From positions 1,364,001 to 1,428,000 of the forward strand of contig CDLV01000011.1 in the NCBI GenBank assembly GCA_001244265.2: 64,000 bases of DNA, given 5' to 3'. Positions within the stretch are counted from its first letter, which is position 1; each line of letters opens with the position of its first letter. Below the pieces are notes generated by a model that saw only the letters and a list, made by a program, of their open reading frames with translations, did no database searches and had not been told where the DNA came from. This DNA is from Microbotryum violaceum. Taxonomy: Eukaryota. A program made the position numbers and the translations under genes. Below, piece after piece: positions 1-12,600 of the stretch.

Positions 1-69
1 GGTAGTGGCGGTGGCGGTGGTGTTGGCGGTGGGAGGAGGGGGTCGAGGAGGGGGTGGAAGCGACGGCAT
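1..69 (-). CDS. Possible 5' end of a gene divergent from TOR (Pro/Thr-rich N-terminus), running off the window
   Basis: Minus-strand ATG at 69 reads MPSLPPPPRPPPPTANTTATATT to the edge. Too short to identify. Confidence 0.3.
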   Translation of the reverse strand, partial: MPSLPPPPRPPPPTANTTATATT

Positions 70-458
70 GGGAGGGAACAGGGCAGGCGGAGGAGAGATC
101 AGCGTATCGACTTTTTTTGAGTTGAACGAGAGAAAGAAAGAGGAGCTCAGAGAGACCTGCGCAAGAGGAGCTGAGGCGTGACTCGTTGCGCGCGCCGTCG
201 ATCACCGGATCACCCACCGATCACTTTCAGTCTCCCCCACGCAAGCTGCTACGCAAGCTCACCCAAGCGCTCGTAAGCGCCACGCTCGACCTCGGCACCC
301 GGCACACGCACTCCGCCAGCCCCTTCGCCACCGAGTGTGGTATTAGGCTGGCGTAGAACAGCCCCCGAGGGACCGAGTGACATACTCTTTCCCTCGCTCC
401 TTCCCTTTGCCCCGGCCGCCACCGCCACCGCCGCCGCCGCCGCTTCGTCAAGATCTGG

Positions 459-3400
459 ATGAGCTCCTCCTTGTTCGTCGCTGCCAAAGCGAGCAAGGCC
501 GAAAGACCCTTGGATGCGATACTAGGCGATCTCAGGAGCAAGTGAGTATGACCTACATTCGCAGCGCATATCGGAACAGAGCCGTGTTGAAACTCAACTC
601 GGGAGCTGAACCGCACCCGTCCGCCCTCGCCCGTGCAGGCATGATGAGATCCGCTTCAAGGCTGCGCAGGAACTGTACAACTATGTTCGTAGTCCTCCAG
701 GTGTGGTCTACTCGCCACCTACCCACAACTGACACCTTGAACGGTGACACTGCAGATCCTCGCCAGCTCGCGATCGCTCTCGGCTGAAGCGTTCAACAAA
801 ACCTATTCCGAGATCCATGCACGATGCTTTGCGCTCGTCAATTCGTCCGATTTACAGGATAAATTGGCAGGTGTCACAGCAATAGGTTCGTCCCATCCTC
901 ACTCGTCTTCCGGTCCCTCACACTTGAACTCACCGCGCTCCCCTCTCCCCACTTGCTTCCGCCGTGTCCCACCCACCTCACAGACAAGATCGTCGATGTG
1001 TTGGGCAACGATATGTCGAGGGCCATTCGCTTGGCGGCTTCCGTGCAACGCGCCTTCCCTTGCTCCGACTCGTTGGTCATGACCAACGCTGCCAAAGTCT
1101 TTGGTGCGTGTCCGAAAAACTCAACCGAGCGACCGGTTCGATCCTGATCGACTTTGGTGGCCTCACAGCTCGGCTGGCCGCGCAGGGTGGTATCCTCATG
1201 AGTGGGCACGTCGATACGCAGGTCAAGAGCTGTATCGAATGGTTGCAGGGTGAGCTTCCGTCTCTCATGTGCTCCATGGCCGTTCAACTGCTGACCGGTC
1301 CCTTGAACGCAGGTGACCGAATCGAGAATCGACGATACGCGGCCGTGCTCATCCTGAGGGAATTGACCAGACAAGCACCGGGCTTGATCTATGAACATCT
1401 GACCGAGTTGTTGGACAACTTGTGGACCGCCATGTGGGATCCCAAGGTAGACTTTCGCAACATCGACATCGATATCTGCTCCAAAGACCCGCACTGACGC
1501 CCAGGCTCCATTCCGCAGGTCGCAATCCGAGAAGCCGCAGCCGATGCATTGGCGGGCTGTCTACTGATTGCAACCCAGCGAGACGGGCAGTTGCGGGTGG
1601 ATGCGTACAACATGGTCTTTGGTCAGGCGCAGATCGGGTTCAAGACCGGTTACCCGGAAACGATCCATGGGTCTCTGCTCGGGTACAAGGAATTGTTCCT
1701 CGAGGGCAAACTGGTGGGTCTTGACTCAGTAGCGTACAAAGTTTTCCAGAGTTTTGACATCTCTGGTTTGGTCGCTCCACAGTTCATGGCCGACCGATAC
1801 GGCGAAGTGTGCGACCAGATCTTGTTCTACAAGGATCATCGCGACCCCCTTGTTCGAAGGGCCGTCATCGAACTCATCCCTACCATCGCTTCGTACAATG
1901 CGAACGAGTTTGCCGCACATTATCTCAGTCGGACGATGGCGTTCTTGCTGGATCAGTTGAAGAAGGATAGAGGGGATCGAGCCACCGGTGAGTGCACTCT
2001 GAAGTTATGGGGTGAACTGGAAACTGATCGAACACCCTCCTTCATCTGCGGCATTCACACAGCTTTCCAAGCGATCGGACGCGTGGCTCTCCAAGTCAAA
2101 TCGATGATGACGCCTTACCTCGACCCGATCCTCAATTCGATCAAGGACGGTCTTTTGTCCCGTGGCCGCAAGAATCAACCGGCCGGTCTCGAGAACTCGA
2201 TCTTCCAATGCATCGGTATGCTCGCGCAATCCGTTGGACCGGCGTTGACCAAACATATGCACGAGTTGCTTGACCTCATGTTCGCTTATGGGCTTTCACC
2301 GGCGTTGCATACGGCGTTGCAGCAACTCGGACGGGACATCCCACCGCTTTTGCCAGATATTCAGGAGAGGATCCTCAACCTCATCTCGATGACGCTCGCG
2401 GACGAGCCCTTCGTACAGGCCGGGGCACCTCACAAGGGTTCGAAGCATCCTGATTTGACGGTCAGTGGCGTCAACGGGCACGCGCACCATCACCATCCCG
2501 AGAAGCAGTCCCCCGAGCGCATCATGCTCGCGCTTGAAGTCCTGGGAACCTTCAACTTCAAAGGAGTGTTCCAACCCCCGAAGCATCTAACGCCGGGGAT
2601 GATGCCCGAGCCGGTCGTTGAGCAGAGTCTGGGCGAATTCGTCCGCGACCACGTCATCCACTACGTCGAGGACGACAACCCCGACATTCGACGAGCCGCG
2701 GCCCTATCGTGTTGTCAAGTCCTATCGAACGACCCCATTGTGACGCAAGCGAGCAATCACGCGATCAAACTCATGAACGAGGTCCTGGAGAAGTTGCTCA
2801 CGTTGGCGATCGCCGATCCGGACCCTTCGATTCGACAAGCGACGATCTCGCATTTGGACCCTAACTTTGATCGACATCTGGCGCAGGCTGATTGCGTACG
2901 GTCCTTGTTCATCGCTTTGAACGACGAGGTATATGCGATTCGCGAAAGTGCGATTCGAATTATTGGTCGGTTGGCGACGTTGAACCCTGCGCACGTCATG
3001 CCTTCGTTGCGCAAGACGTTGATTCAGCTTTTGACCGAATTGGAGTATTCTACTGCGAGTCGGAACAAGGAGGAAGCATCGACCTTGCTGGGTTTACTCG
3101 TGGGCGCTTCGCAGCGATTGACAAAGCCTTATGTCACGCCCATGCTCAATGTGCTCCTGCCCAAGTCGAGGGATGCGTCACCTTCGGTCGCGGCGAGCAT
3201 CGTCACGACTTTAGGCGAGTTGACCAAAGTGGGTGGCGAGGACGTATTGCCTTCCTTGGACGAGTTGATGTCCCTCATCTTGGACACCTTGCACGATCAA
3301 GCCTCGACTCAAAAGAGGGATGCGGCGCTGCGCACGCTAGGTCAACTCGCTTCATACGCGGGGTACGTCATCGACCCGTACCTTCAACACCCGACGCTGT

Positions 3401-6400
3401 TGGGCATCTTGATCAGCTTACTCAAGACCGAACCGGCGCCTCATACGCGGCGTGAAGTCATTCGCGTTATGGGAGCCTTGGGTGCGCTCGATCCGTATCG
3501 CCACTCGGTCGTGGAGGGTATCTCGAACGATGCGTACGTCGAATCGTTCAACCCTACCGATCCGACCCACCCGAGCAACATCGGCCCTTCGCACGAAGAG
3601 TACTACCCGACCGTCGCTTTCAATGCCCTGCTCGGCGTCTTTTCCGACCCTTCGCTCAGTGATCATCATACCGCCATCGTCGATGCTATCATTTACATCT
3701 TCCGTTCGCTTCGACTCAAGGTCGTCACCTTTTTGCCTCAAGTCTTGCCCGTTTACCTCAACGTCATGAGGACTTGCCCCGTCGGGTTGCAAGAGTTTTA
3801 CTTCCAGAACTTGTCGCAGTTGATCCAAATGGTCAAGCAACACGTGCGCAACCATCTCGCACCCATCTTGGCGATCGTACGCGAGTTTTGGAATTCGACG
3901 ACGAACCCTGGTTTGCAAGTCATCATCATCGACGTCATCCAATCGATCGCTTTGGCCCTTGACGCCGAGTTCAAGGCCTACTTGCCGAACCTGTTGCCGT
4001 TGATGCTCAAGGCGTTCGATCATGATTTCATCGAATTGCGTCGACAGAGTTCATTGATCAAGGTCCTACACGCTTTCGCCGTTTTTGGTACGAGCCTGGA
4101 AGAATACCTCCACCTCATCATCCCCGCGATCGTATCGACCTTTGAAAGACCCGACATCCCCGCCGTTCTACGAAGGCACGCGATGCAAACCCTGTCGCAA
4201 CTATGTCGTAAGATCAACTTCGCCGATCACGCTTCGAGGATCATCCATCCTTTGGCGAGGGTGTTGGCGAACCCGGCTTCGCCGCTCGAATTGAGGGTCC
4301 CGGCTATGGACGCGATGTGCTCGTTGTTGTTGCAGATGGGGCCGGATTTCGTCTTGTTTGTGCCGATGATCCACAAGGTGGGTCGACCGGAACGATTGAG
4401 GCAAGAGATCGGACCGAGTCTGATCTTATGATTGGCATCCACAGATTCTCGTGCGACAACGCATCTCTTACCCTCCCTATCAGACCTTGGTCGACAAATT
4501 GCTAGCGGAAGAGCCTCTGCCTCAAGATCTGACCTTCGGCGATCCCATCATCATGCCCAACACAGAGGCGATCGTCGCTGCCGACGCGGGAATGAGCAAG
4601 CTCCCCGTCAATCAGGTACACCTCAAATCTGCGTGGGAAATCGTCGACCGACCCAAGGCCGATGATTGGCGCGAATGGATCAAACGTATCTCGGTCCAGA
4701 TGCTCAAATCGTCCCCTTCGTTGTCGTTGCGAGCGTGTGCGAATTTGGCGGAGGTGTACCATCCCCTTGCGAGGGATCTCTTCAATGCCGGTTTCGTATC
4801 GGTCTGGGGCGAGTTGTACGACAACTATCAAGAAGACCTCGTACGAGCAATTCAGAACGCGTTCAGTTCGCCGACGCTCCCTCCGGAGATCACGCAACAA
4901 TTGCTCAATCTCGCCGAGTTCATGGAACATGACGACAAGGTCCTCCCCATCCCGATCTCGACCTTGGGGCAATACGCGCTCAAGTGCCGAGCGTACGCCA
5001 AGGCGTTGCATTACAAGGAGCTGGAAGTTTTGTCCGATCCTTCGTTGCATACAATCGAGGAGTTGATTAGGATCAACAACTCATTGCAACAACCTGATGT
5101 CTCCGTTGGGATCCTCGTGCATGCGCATCAGCGACATGGGCTCGTCCTCAAGGAGGAGTGGTACATCGAACTCGAACGATGGGAGGATGCACTTGCAGCT
5201 CTGCAGCGCAAGGCTCAAGAACAACCCGACTCGTTCGATGTCACCCTCGGAAGGATGCGATGCCTTCACGCGCTGGGCGAATGGGAGTCGCTGGCCCACC
5301 TCGCACAAGAGAATTGGGCGCGAGCGAGCCACGACATGAAGCGCAAGATTGCACCCATGGCCGCTGCCGCCTCGTGGGGGTTGGCGCAATGGGAATCAAT
5401 GGACACCTTTATCGGTGTGCTCAAGCATGATTCGGCCGACCGGGCATGGTTCCGCTCTATCCTATCGATCCATCGCGGTCAGTTCAACAAGGCGCAATCG
5501 CACATCAACAAGGCGCGCGATTTGCTCGATACGGAATTGACAACGCTCGTAGGGGAGAGTTATAACCGAGCGTATGACGCGGTCGTGAGAATTCAGATGT
5601 TGTCCGAGTTGGAGGAGATTATCTCGTACAAGGAGGCGACGGCGAGTGGGAACCTCGAGCGACGGAATTTGATCCAACGCACTTGGATGAAACGACTTCT
5701 AGGTTGCAAGCGTGACGTCGATGTGTGGCAACGGATCCTTAAGGTTCGGGCGCTTGTTGTTTCGCCGCACGAGAATATCGAGATGTGGGTCAAGTTTGCG
5801 AACTTGTGTCGCAAGTCCGGACGACTTGGCTTGGCGGACAAGACGCTCAATTCGCTCATGCCTGATGATATTGGACCTGGAGGCGCGACCGGAATGACGG
5901 GGCCGCCGGAGATTATCTATGCGCATCTCAAGTACATGTGGGCGACTGGAGCGAGGGAGGAGACGCTTGGATTCTTGCGGACGTTCACTTCGCAACGATC
6001 AAACGAGGTGGGATTGACCTCCAATATGCTCTTGCCGGAGAGCGGGTCGTCGAGCGGAAACGTCTCCAAGGACGTGCGACTGCTGGCGCGGCTGTACTAC
6101 AAGCTCGGGGAGTGGCAGAGTGCGATGCAAGACAATTGGGGCTCGGACGCCATCACCGACATTTTGCAGTCGTACCTCCTTGCGACCAAGCTCGATCCGA
6201 CGTGGTACAAGGCATGGCACGCTTGGGCCTTGGCCAACTCCGAGGTCGTTTCTCATTACGCCAAGTCGCTCAACGAGCAAGACCAGATGGCACCTCAGGT
6301 TTTTATCGATCATCTCGTGCCGGCCGTCGAAGCGTTCTTCCATTCGATCGCACTTTCGCCAGGTAATTCGTTGCAAGATACGCTGAGGTTGTTGACACTT

Positions 6401-8665
6401 TGGTTCAAGTACGGTGGGGACGAGAAGGTCTACGAGGCGATCATGAAGGGGATGAAGACTGTCAGCGTCGATACGTGGCTCGATGTCATCCCTCAACTTA
6501 TCGCTCGCATTCACGCGCCGAGTGCCAACGTGCGCAGTCTCATTGATTCGGTCCTCACCGATGTCGGGAAGCAGCATCCCCAGGCGCTCGTCTACCCGCT
6601 CACGGTCGCATCCAAGTATCCTAGCGCACCTCGTCGCTCCGCCGCCGTCGCGATCATTGACAAGATGAAGGTACATAGCGAAGCCCTCGTCGCTCAGGCT
6701 TTGCTTGTCAGTCAGGAGTTGATCCGCGTCGCGATCCTCTGGAACGAACTATGGCACGAAGGACTCGAGGAAGCTTCTCGTCTCTTCTACGGTGATCACA
6801 ACATCGACGCCATGTTCGCCACTTTGGCCCCTTTGCACGACATGCTCGAACGCGGTCCCGAAACCTTGCGCGAGATCGCGTTCGCCCAGACCTTTGGGCG
6901 CGACCTCGCCGACGCTCGCGAGGCGTGCAATCGTTATCGACAATTCGGCGAGATCCAAGACCTCAACCATGCTTGGGATCTGTACTATCAGGTCTTTAGG
7001 AAGATCAACAAGAATTTGCCGACATTGACGCTGCTCGAGTTGCAGTACGTCTCGCCGAAGTTGTTGGCGGTCAAGAATTTGGATTTGGCGATCCCGGGTG
7101 AGTTGTTGTGCACTCTGCAAAAGGGATGCGTCGCTTTCGGAGCTGACTCTGGGTGCACAATCGTCTGTCGCAGGTACATATCAAACGGGCAAGAAAATTG
7201 TCCGTATCGCCAGCTTCGGACCCACGTCGGAAGTCTTCACCTCGAAGCAGAGGCCGCGCAAGCTGCGCATCGTCGGCAGCGATGGCGTAGACTACAACTT
7301 CTTGCTCAAGGGCCACGAAGATCTTCGTCAAGACGAGCGTGTCATGCAGCTCTTTGGTCTTGTCAATACGCTGTTGCAGAAGGATTCCGAGACGTTCAAA
7401 CGACACCTCACGATCGTAAAATATCCCGTCATCCCGCTCTCGCCCAACTCGGGTCTACTCGGCTGGGTCAACAGCACCGATACGCTGCATGTGCTCATCA
7501 AAAACTACCGTGACAGTCATAAGATCCTCCTCAACATCGAACATCGTCTGATCCTCCAAATGGCACCCGATTTCGACCATTTGTGTCTGATGCAAAAGCT
7601 CGAAGTGTTCGAGTACTCGCTCGACAATACGACAGGCCAAGACTTCTACCGCGTCATGTGGCTCAAGTCGCGCAACTCTGAAGCATGGCTTGATCGTCGT
7701 AGCAACTACTGCCGCACGCTCGCGGTCATGTCCATGGTCGGCCATATCCTTGGATTGGGTGATCGTCACCCTTCGAATTTGTTGATGGATCGTGTTAGTG
7801 GGAGGATCGTGCATGTCGATTTCGGTGATTGCTTCGAGGTCGCGATGCAGAGGGAAAAACATCCTGAGAAGGTGCCGTTCCGATTGACGAGGATGCTCAT
7901 GTCCGCGATGGAGGTGAGTCCTTCGACGAGGCTTTGTCCAGACACCCTCCTTCGGGAATGCTCTTATTGACTCGGTCCTCTTTTTCACCAGGTCTCGGGC
8001 ATTGAAGGCACGTTCAAAATCACGTGCCAACACACGATGCGCGTCCTACGCGAGAACAAGGAATCCATCATCGCCGTACTTGAGGCGTTCGTCCATGACC
8101 CTCTCATCAATTGGAGGCTCGTGCAAGGTGGGCGACAAATCGAGGGTAAAGTGGCGGCTGATAATGGGGGCGTTGGCGGGGCGCGCCGTCCCAGGGGTGA
8201 TGAGACCAATATCTATGATGGTGAGTTCCAATCCGGTCTCGCGGGTCTCGCAATCATAGAACTAGGAGATTGGCGTAGGGCTGATGAGGAATACCCACGT
8301 GGTGTAACGTGCTTCTTGCAGAGGATGCAGTCGACCAGATCAACACTCGCGCCGTGCAAGTCGTCGAACGTGTGCAGCAGAAGCTAACGGGTGAGTCAAA
8401 TACAAAACAGCCATGCATAGTGACCAGAGACCTGACGCGCAGAGCAACCCACGCAAATGATTCTCGCAGGACGAGACTTCAAGGCCACGGTCGAACTCAG
8501 CGTCAACGACCAGGTCGACAAGCTGATTGCTCAAGCGACCAGTCTCGAGAACCTCTCGCAATGCTTCATTGGATGGTGTGAGTGATAGACCCAGAAAGAA
8601 CCGTGCTTAGTGGTGGGCATGGATGTTGAATATTCTCGCATCCTCCCACAGGTCCATTCTGGTAA
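459..8665 (+). CDS. TOR: Serine/threonine kinase TOR (PIKK family), multi-exon
   Basis: HEAT repeats; FAT region ([25 protein letters not shown]); FRB ([22 protein letters not shown]); kinase motifs [49 protein letters not shown]; spliced FATC end [14 protein letters not shown] (TAA 8663-8665). ATG at 459 is followed by a GTGAGT intron. Confidence 0.97.
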
Positions 8666-9649
8666 AGTTTCCCTGGGTATTTTGTACAATGGCGTTTGCC
8701 TAGATGTCTTCCTTCTTTTTCCGTTCTTTAACATTCTCCTTCTCTCGTCTTGTGACATTGTTGTAATCATGGAGTGCAGTGACCGATGATCTGCTTTTTT
8801 CTTGCCAATCATCCAAGTACTTGCGAGAGGTGGCTGATTGGCAGGATTGGTTCCTCTCCGCGCTTTACGCGAGGTTCATCTCAAGGTCTCGTCATTGGAT
8901 CTCTTCTCTGGAAGTGAAGCGTAAACATTAAGCCCAATGCTTTCCATTGCGAGACAGAAAATGAGGATCAAAACATTCGCTGAATACGTCTCGTTTCCGA
9001 ACCCTATTTCCGACTCTCGGTGCTTCCATCCTACCGCGCTTCCCTTAACTCATCCCTGTTGCGCCCCTCCGTTTGCCAATCAATTGGGCGCGCCGAAAAG
9101 GGGTTCGGTGGGGCGAGTTGTTTATTGCGGTGGCCACGGGTTGAGGCGGTAGCAGCGGCCGGGCGCGCACTCCTTTTTGAAGCAGTTCCTGAAAGCGACA
9201 TCGCTGCAGAGTATGCGAGCAGAGACCACAGGACAACGTCAGGCTCGATTGGGTGGCGCGGCAGCCAACTTACTGAGTGCAAATGAAAGCCGCTATGGGG
9301 CAAATCACAGACCGCGAGGTTACAGGAATAGCTACCATATACTTACTTTAAGTCCTGGGCTTGGGGGTGTACATTGTTACAGTCCTTCTCGCAGCAGCTG
9401 CAGTGGTCGAACACAATGCGTCAGGTACCGTATCGTAACACCGTGCACGGGCGTTCTCGAAAGAACTCACATGCAGGCGACATCCACCTGCATTTGGCCC
9501 TCCGGCTTCCCCTTTTTCGGCTTGCTGGCGTCTCTACATTGTGTGTCGTCTCTCCTGCGGCCTCCAGCAAGTTCCTAACTGTTATGGATGATAGCAAACG
9601 ATATATTAGAGGTATTTTCAGACGTAATTCCGCAGTAATGTGGAGATGA

Positions 9650-12600
9650 CCCGGGTGATACTCACGTGAAATAGACAGTTGGAGGGGCACCGGAAGAGTG
9701 GTCGGGAGAGTGCCTCTCCTTGAAGCCAGAGTCGGCGGCGAAGACGGCGGTTGTCGTAGCAGCGAGCGCAAGCACGAGAAAGCTTGAAAACATCTTGGAA
9801 CAATTCACACTTTCCAAGATTGGGGAAAATGGACTGCTCAGGATGGGAGCGAGGGAGGAATGGTGAGCGGAGAAACAAGAAGTTCGTTATATCCTGCCCA
9901 AAAGGTCGAGCTCGCGAATGTGGCGGCGATGCATTGATATGGAACGAATGACGCGCGGCCATGTGAGCGGTTGGATGGGCATGCCGGCTTACTCTCATCC
10001 CGGTGCCTGGGCATGCTGGATTTGCCCTGCGTGTCACAGACGTCCTGGAAACGGTCACCACAGGAATGCTGGGTCAACATCTCGCCTCTTACATCGACAC
10101 GCAACGCCAACGCCACAACCAGAACGCGCCAGCCACACAACGGGTGAACGGATACATCATTGGTGTGATCAAATGCCGAGGGACGTCAGCATGGGAAAAG
10201 ACCTATTTCACGGACATCTGTTCGTCGTTCGAGTACGCCTCCTTCGCCGTCGATGTCGTCTCGAAAGTCCCAGCAGTTGGAGGCGCGGCCAACCTCGGCG
10301 ACTCGACGGCTATGCTCTCGCTATCCTTCGTGTACGACGCCCAGCACACGGTATGGAAACCCAGGCGCGCGAACGAACTGAACGACTCCATCAACCTTCA
10401 AGCGCAACTAACAACGCTCACCAACCGCATGAACGGGGTTGACGGCGCTCTAACGACAATGCTCGGTGCCTTGCAAACATCGATGGCAGCAATGCAGAAC
10501 CTCGGAACACAATTAACCCAGGGCCAAAATGACATCAGACGCGCCATGCTGGAAGGCACACAGACACATCGGCACAGAGACGCCATGATGGACTTCAATA
10601 TTCAAGAGCGCGGATAACTCTTACAAATCGAGCTTTTCACGTCACGTGCCGAGCAAGCAGAAGCCGCCATCGATGACGTGCGAGCTACATTGGAGCGACC
10701 TAACCTTCCCGCACACGAGAAGGAGTACCTGACTGCAAAATTTCAGCGAGGTGGTCATGGAGAGCAAAGAGCGGGCGCAGCTGGAGAAGGCAGAAAAGGA
10801 CCTCCAAAGCATCGTCGACCAAAGAGCCGCCAAAGTCCGTCAGACACTGCTACAGCCCACCAACGAGCCCAGCGGACTAGACACGAGCTGGACATCGACG
10901 ATACAACCAAGTGCCGGACAGATAACGATGTTGCGGGCCGTCACTACGGGCAACGGCCGATCACCCCCGACATTGACCGAATTGAGAACCACGGACCCCG
11001 CTGTGGCAAGTACACCGGCCATGCCTGAAAGCCCATCGCCTGCAAGTCCGTCTCCGACAGGACGCCGAGCGCCACGCACCGGTCTAAAAAGGAGTAGTAC
11101 CGACACAAAACTGGGCCGAGTACGAACTACCTTGGTCGGTCCATTTAACACCACCGCTGTACTGATACGTAGCGAGAGCGATGCTCATAAACTTTCAATG
11201 TCAGCAGGCCAAAATAACCAACAGTACGGACAGCGCCATGAAGATAGAAGAGTGAGGTACATCCGCCAAGCGGACCTACCAATTATTGAGATTAATAATA
11301 AACTTCGCGATCTCACCCAACCCATACTCAAAAATTGTATTGAATTCCTCGTAGTTATGGCCCTCATAGCTAGCCAGCCTACCCGAGCAGTCCCTTTAGC
11401 CCTCATACTACTCCTGTCAAACCTCCCAACCGCGGCAATCGGAATTCTTCCTCTTGAATTCCTTTCGGCGAACATGAATGGCATGAGTGCAATCAAAGCG
11501 AACTACATCCAGCAGTTTCTCGACACGCAGAAACCAGACGTCCTAACTGTACAGGAGCTCAAAGAGCCAATCAACACGCAGCGACTCCTTAACACCCAAG
11601 GCTACCTAGCGTTTCAGACAAACTCTCTGCCAGTTGAGAGAGCACAAGGGGGTGCATCGGCAAAATATGGAGTGTTGCTCTTGGTTCGGAAGGGTCATAC
11701 ACAAAGTGTTTGCCGAAGGACCACTTGCCGGACGAGTCGTGATAGCTGACATTATCCTGAGCAGAGAAAGGGGCCCCAGTGAGAAGGTCCGGATACTAGC
11801 CGCATACTGCCCCCATTCGGATTTCGAGCATCAGACGACGGGAGGAGAGTCGGCACTGGACCTGCTCTGGACAGAAGTAACGAATAATCTGAGGAACGGA
11901 TCGATCACTAACTGGATCCTGTTGGGCGACACTAATGCTACTCTTGGCGGCCACGAGTCTGATGCAACAACCTACACAATGAACAAAGCTAGTTTACGAT
12001 ACTCGCGGTTCTTACGAGACATGGAGGCAACAGATGCATGGAATGCGAAAGCAGGAACGTCGGTAACCAAAGACTGGACGCACCAATCCATGGCGCACAA
12101 AACAAAAGCGATCCTGGATCGCGCAGCCAGTTCGGTCGCACCAGGGTATATCGATATAGAAACGATTAGGGGAGGAACGCCAACCGGCTCAGACCATAAG
12201 CCGATAGTAGTTCGCATAGCCTTCGAAGAATTTAAACCACCGGCTGCCCAGGTGAACAACGCAGGCCCTAAGCGCGTCCGACTGCCGAGGAAAGGAGATG
12301 CGACTAAACCCCTCTTCAGAGCCACAGTCTCCACGGACGAACGACATCCTTCAACCCTACCTATCTCCAAACGGAAAGGAAATTCATTCCACGGAGGAAT
12401 GGGACAGCGTGTACGACAAACTCATAGAGCTGATCAACACTACTGCCAGAAAGGTTTTCGGAACAAGAGGGCGGTAAAACAGAAGGAATGGATGGGGTCC
12501 GCACAGTACCGCCATGTTGTGGGCGACCGGAAACAGCTCAACTGGTTGAACATGCACTCAAGAACAACTATCTTGACGGGCTGATGCAAGCGGAAGGAGT

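Noticed and set aside
1549..7970. Apparent splitting or frameshifts of TOR into several ORFs
   Set aside because: Each break coincides with a GT..AG intron (e.g. 4378-4444, ~7098-7173), so this is not a pseudogene.
874..8033. Long antisense or alternate-frame ORFs over TOR (e.g. 874..1494, 3418..4023, 5999..6676, 7455..8033) and over separase (62458..63555)
   Set aside because: Shadows of GC-rich, codon-biased coding sequence with no recognisable motifs.
9061..9180. GC-rich stretch ending in TTTTT, considered as a Pol III RNA or 5' ribozyme of the element
   Set aside because: No convincing A/B boxes, cloverleaf or HDV/hammerhead pairing could be built by eye. An Infernal/Rfam scan would be decisive.
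9337..9352. atacttact resembling the U1 snRNA 5' end (snRNA-targeted insertion?)
   Set aside because: The match stops after 8 nt (U1 continues ..CCTGG) and no further U1 structure follows.
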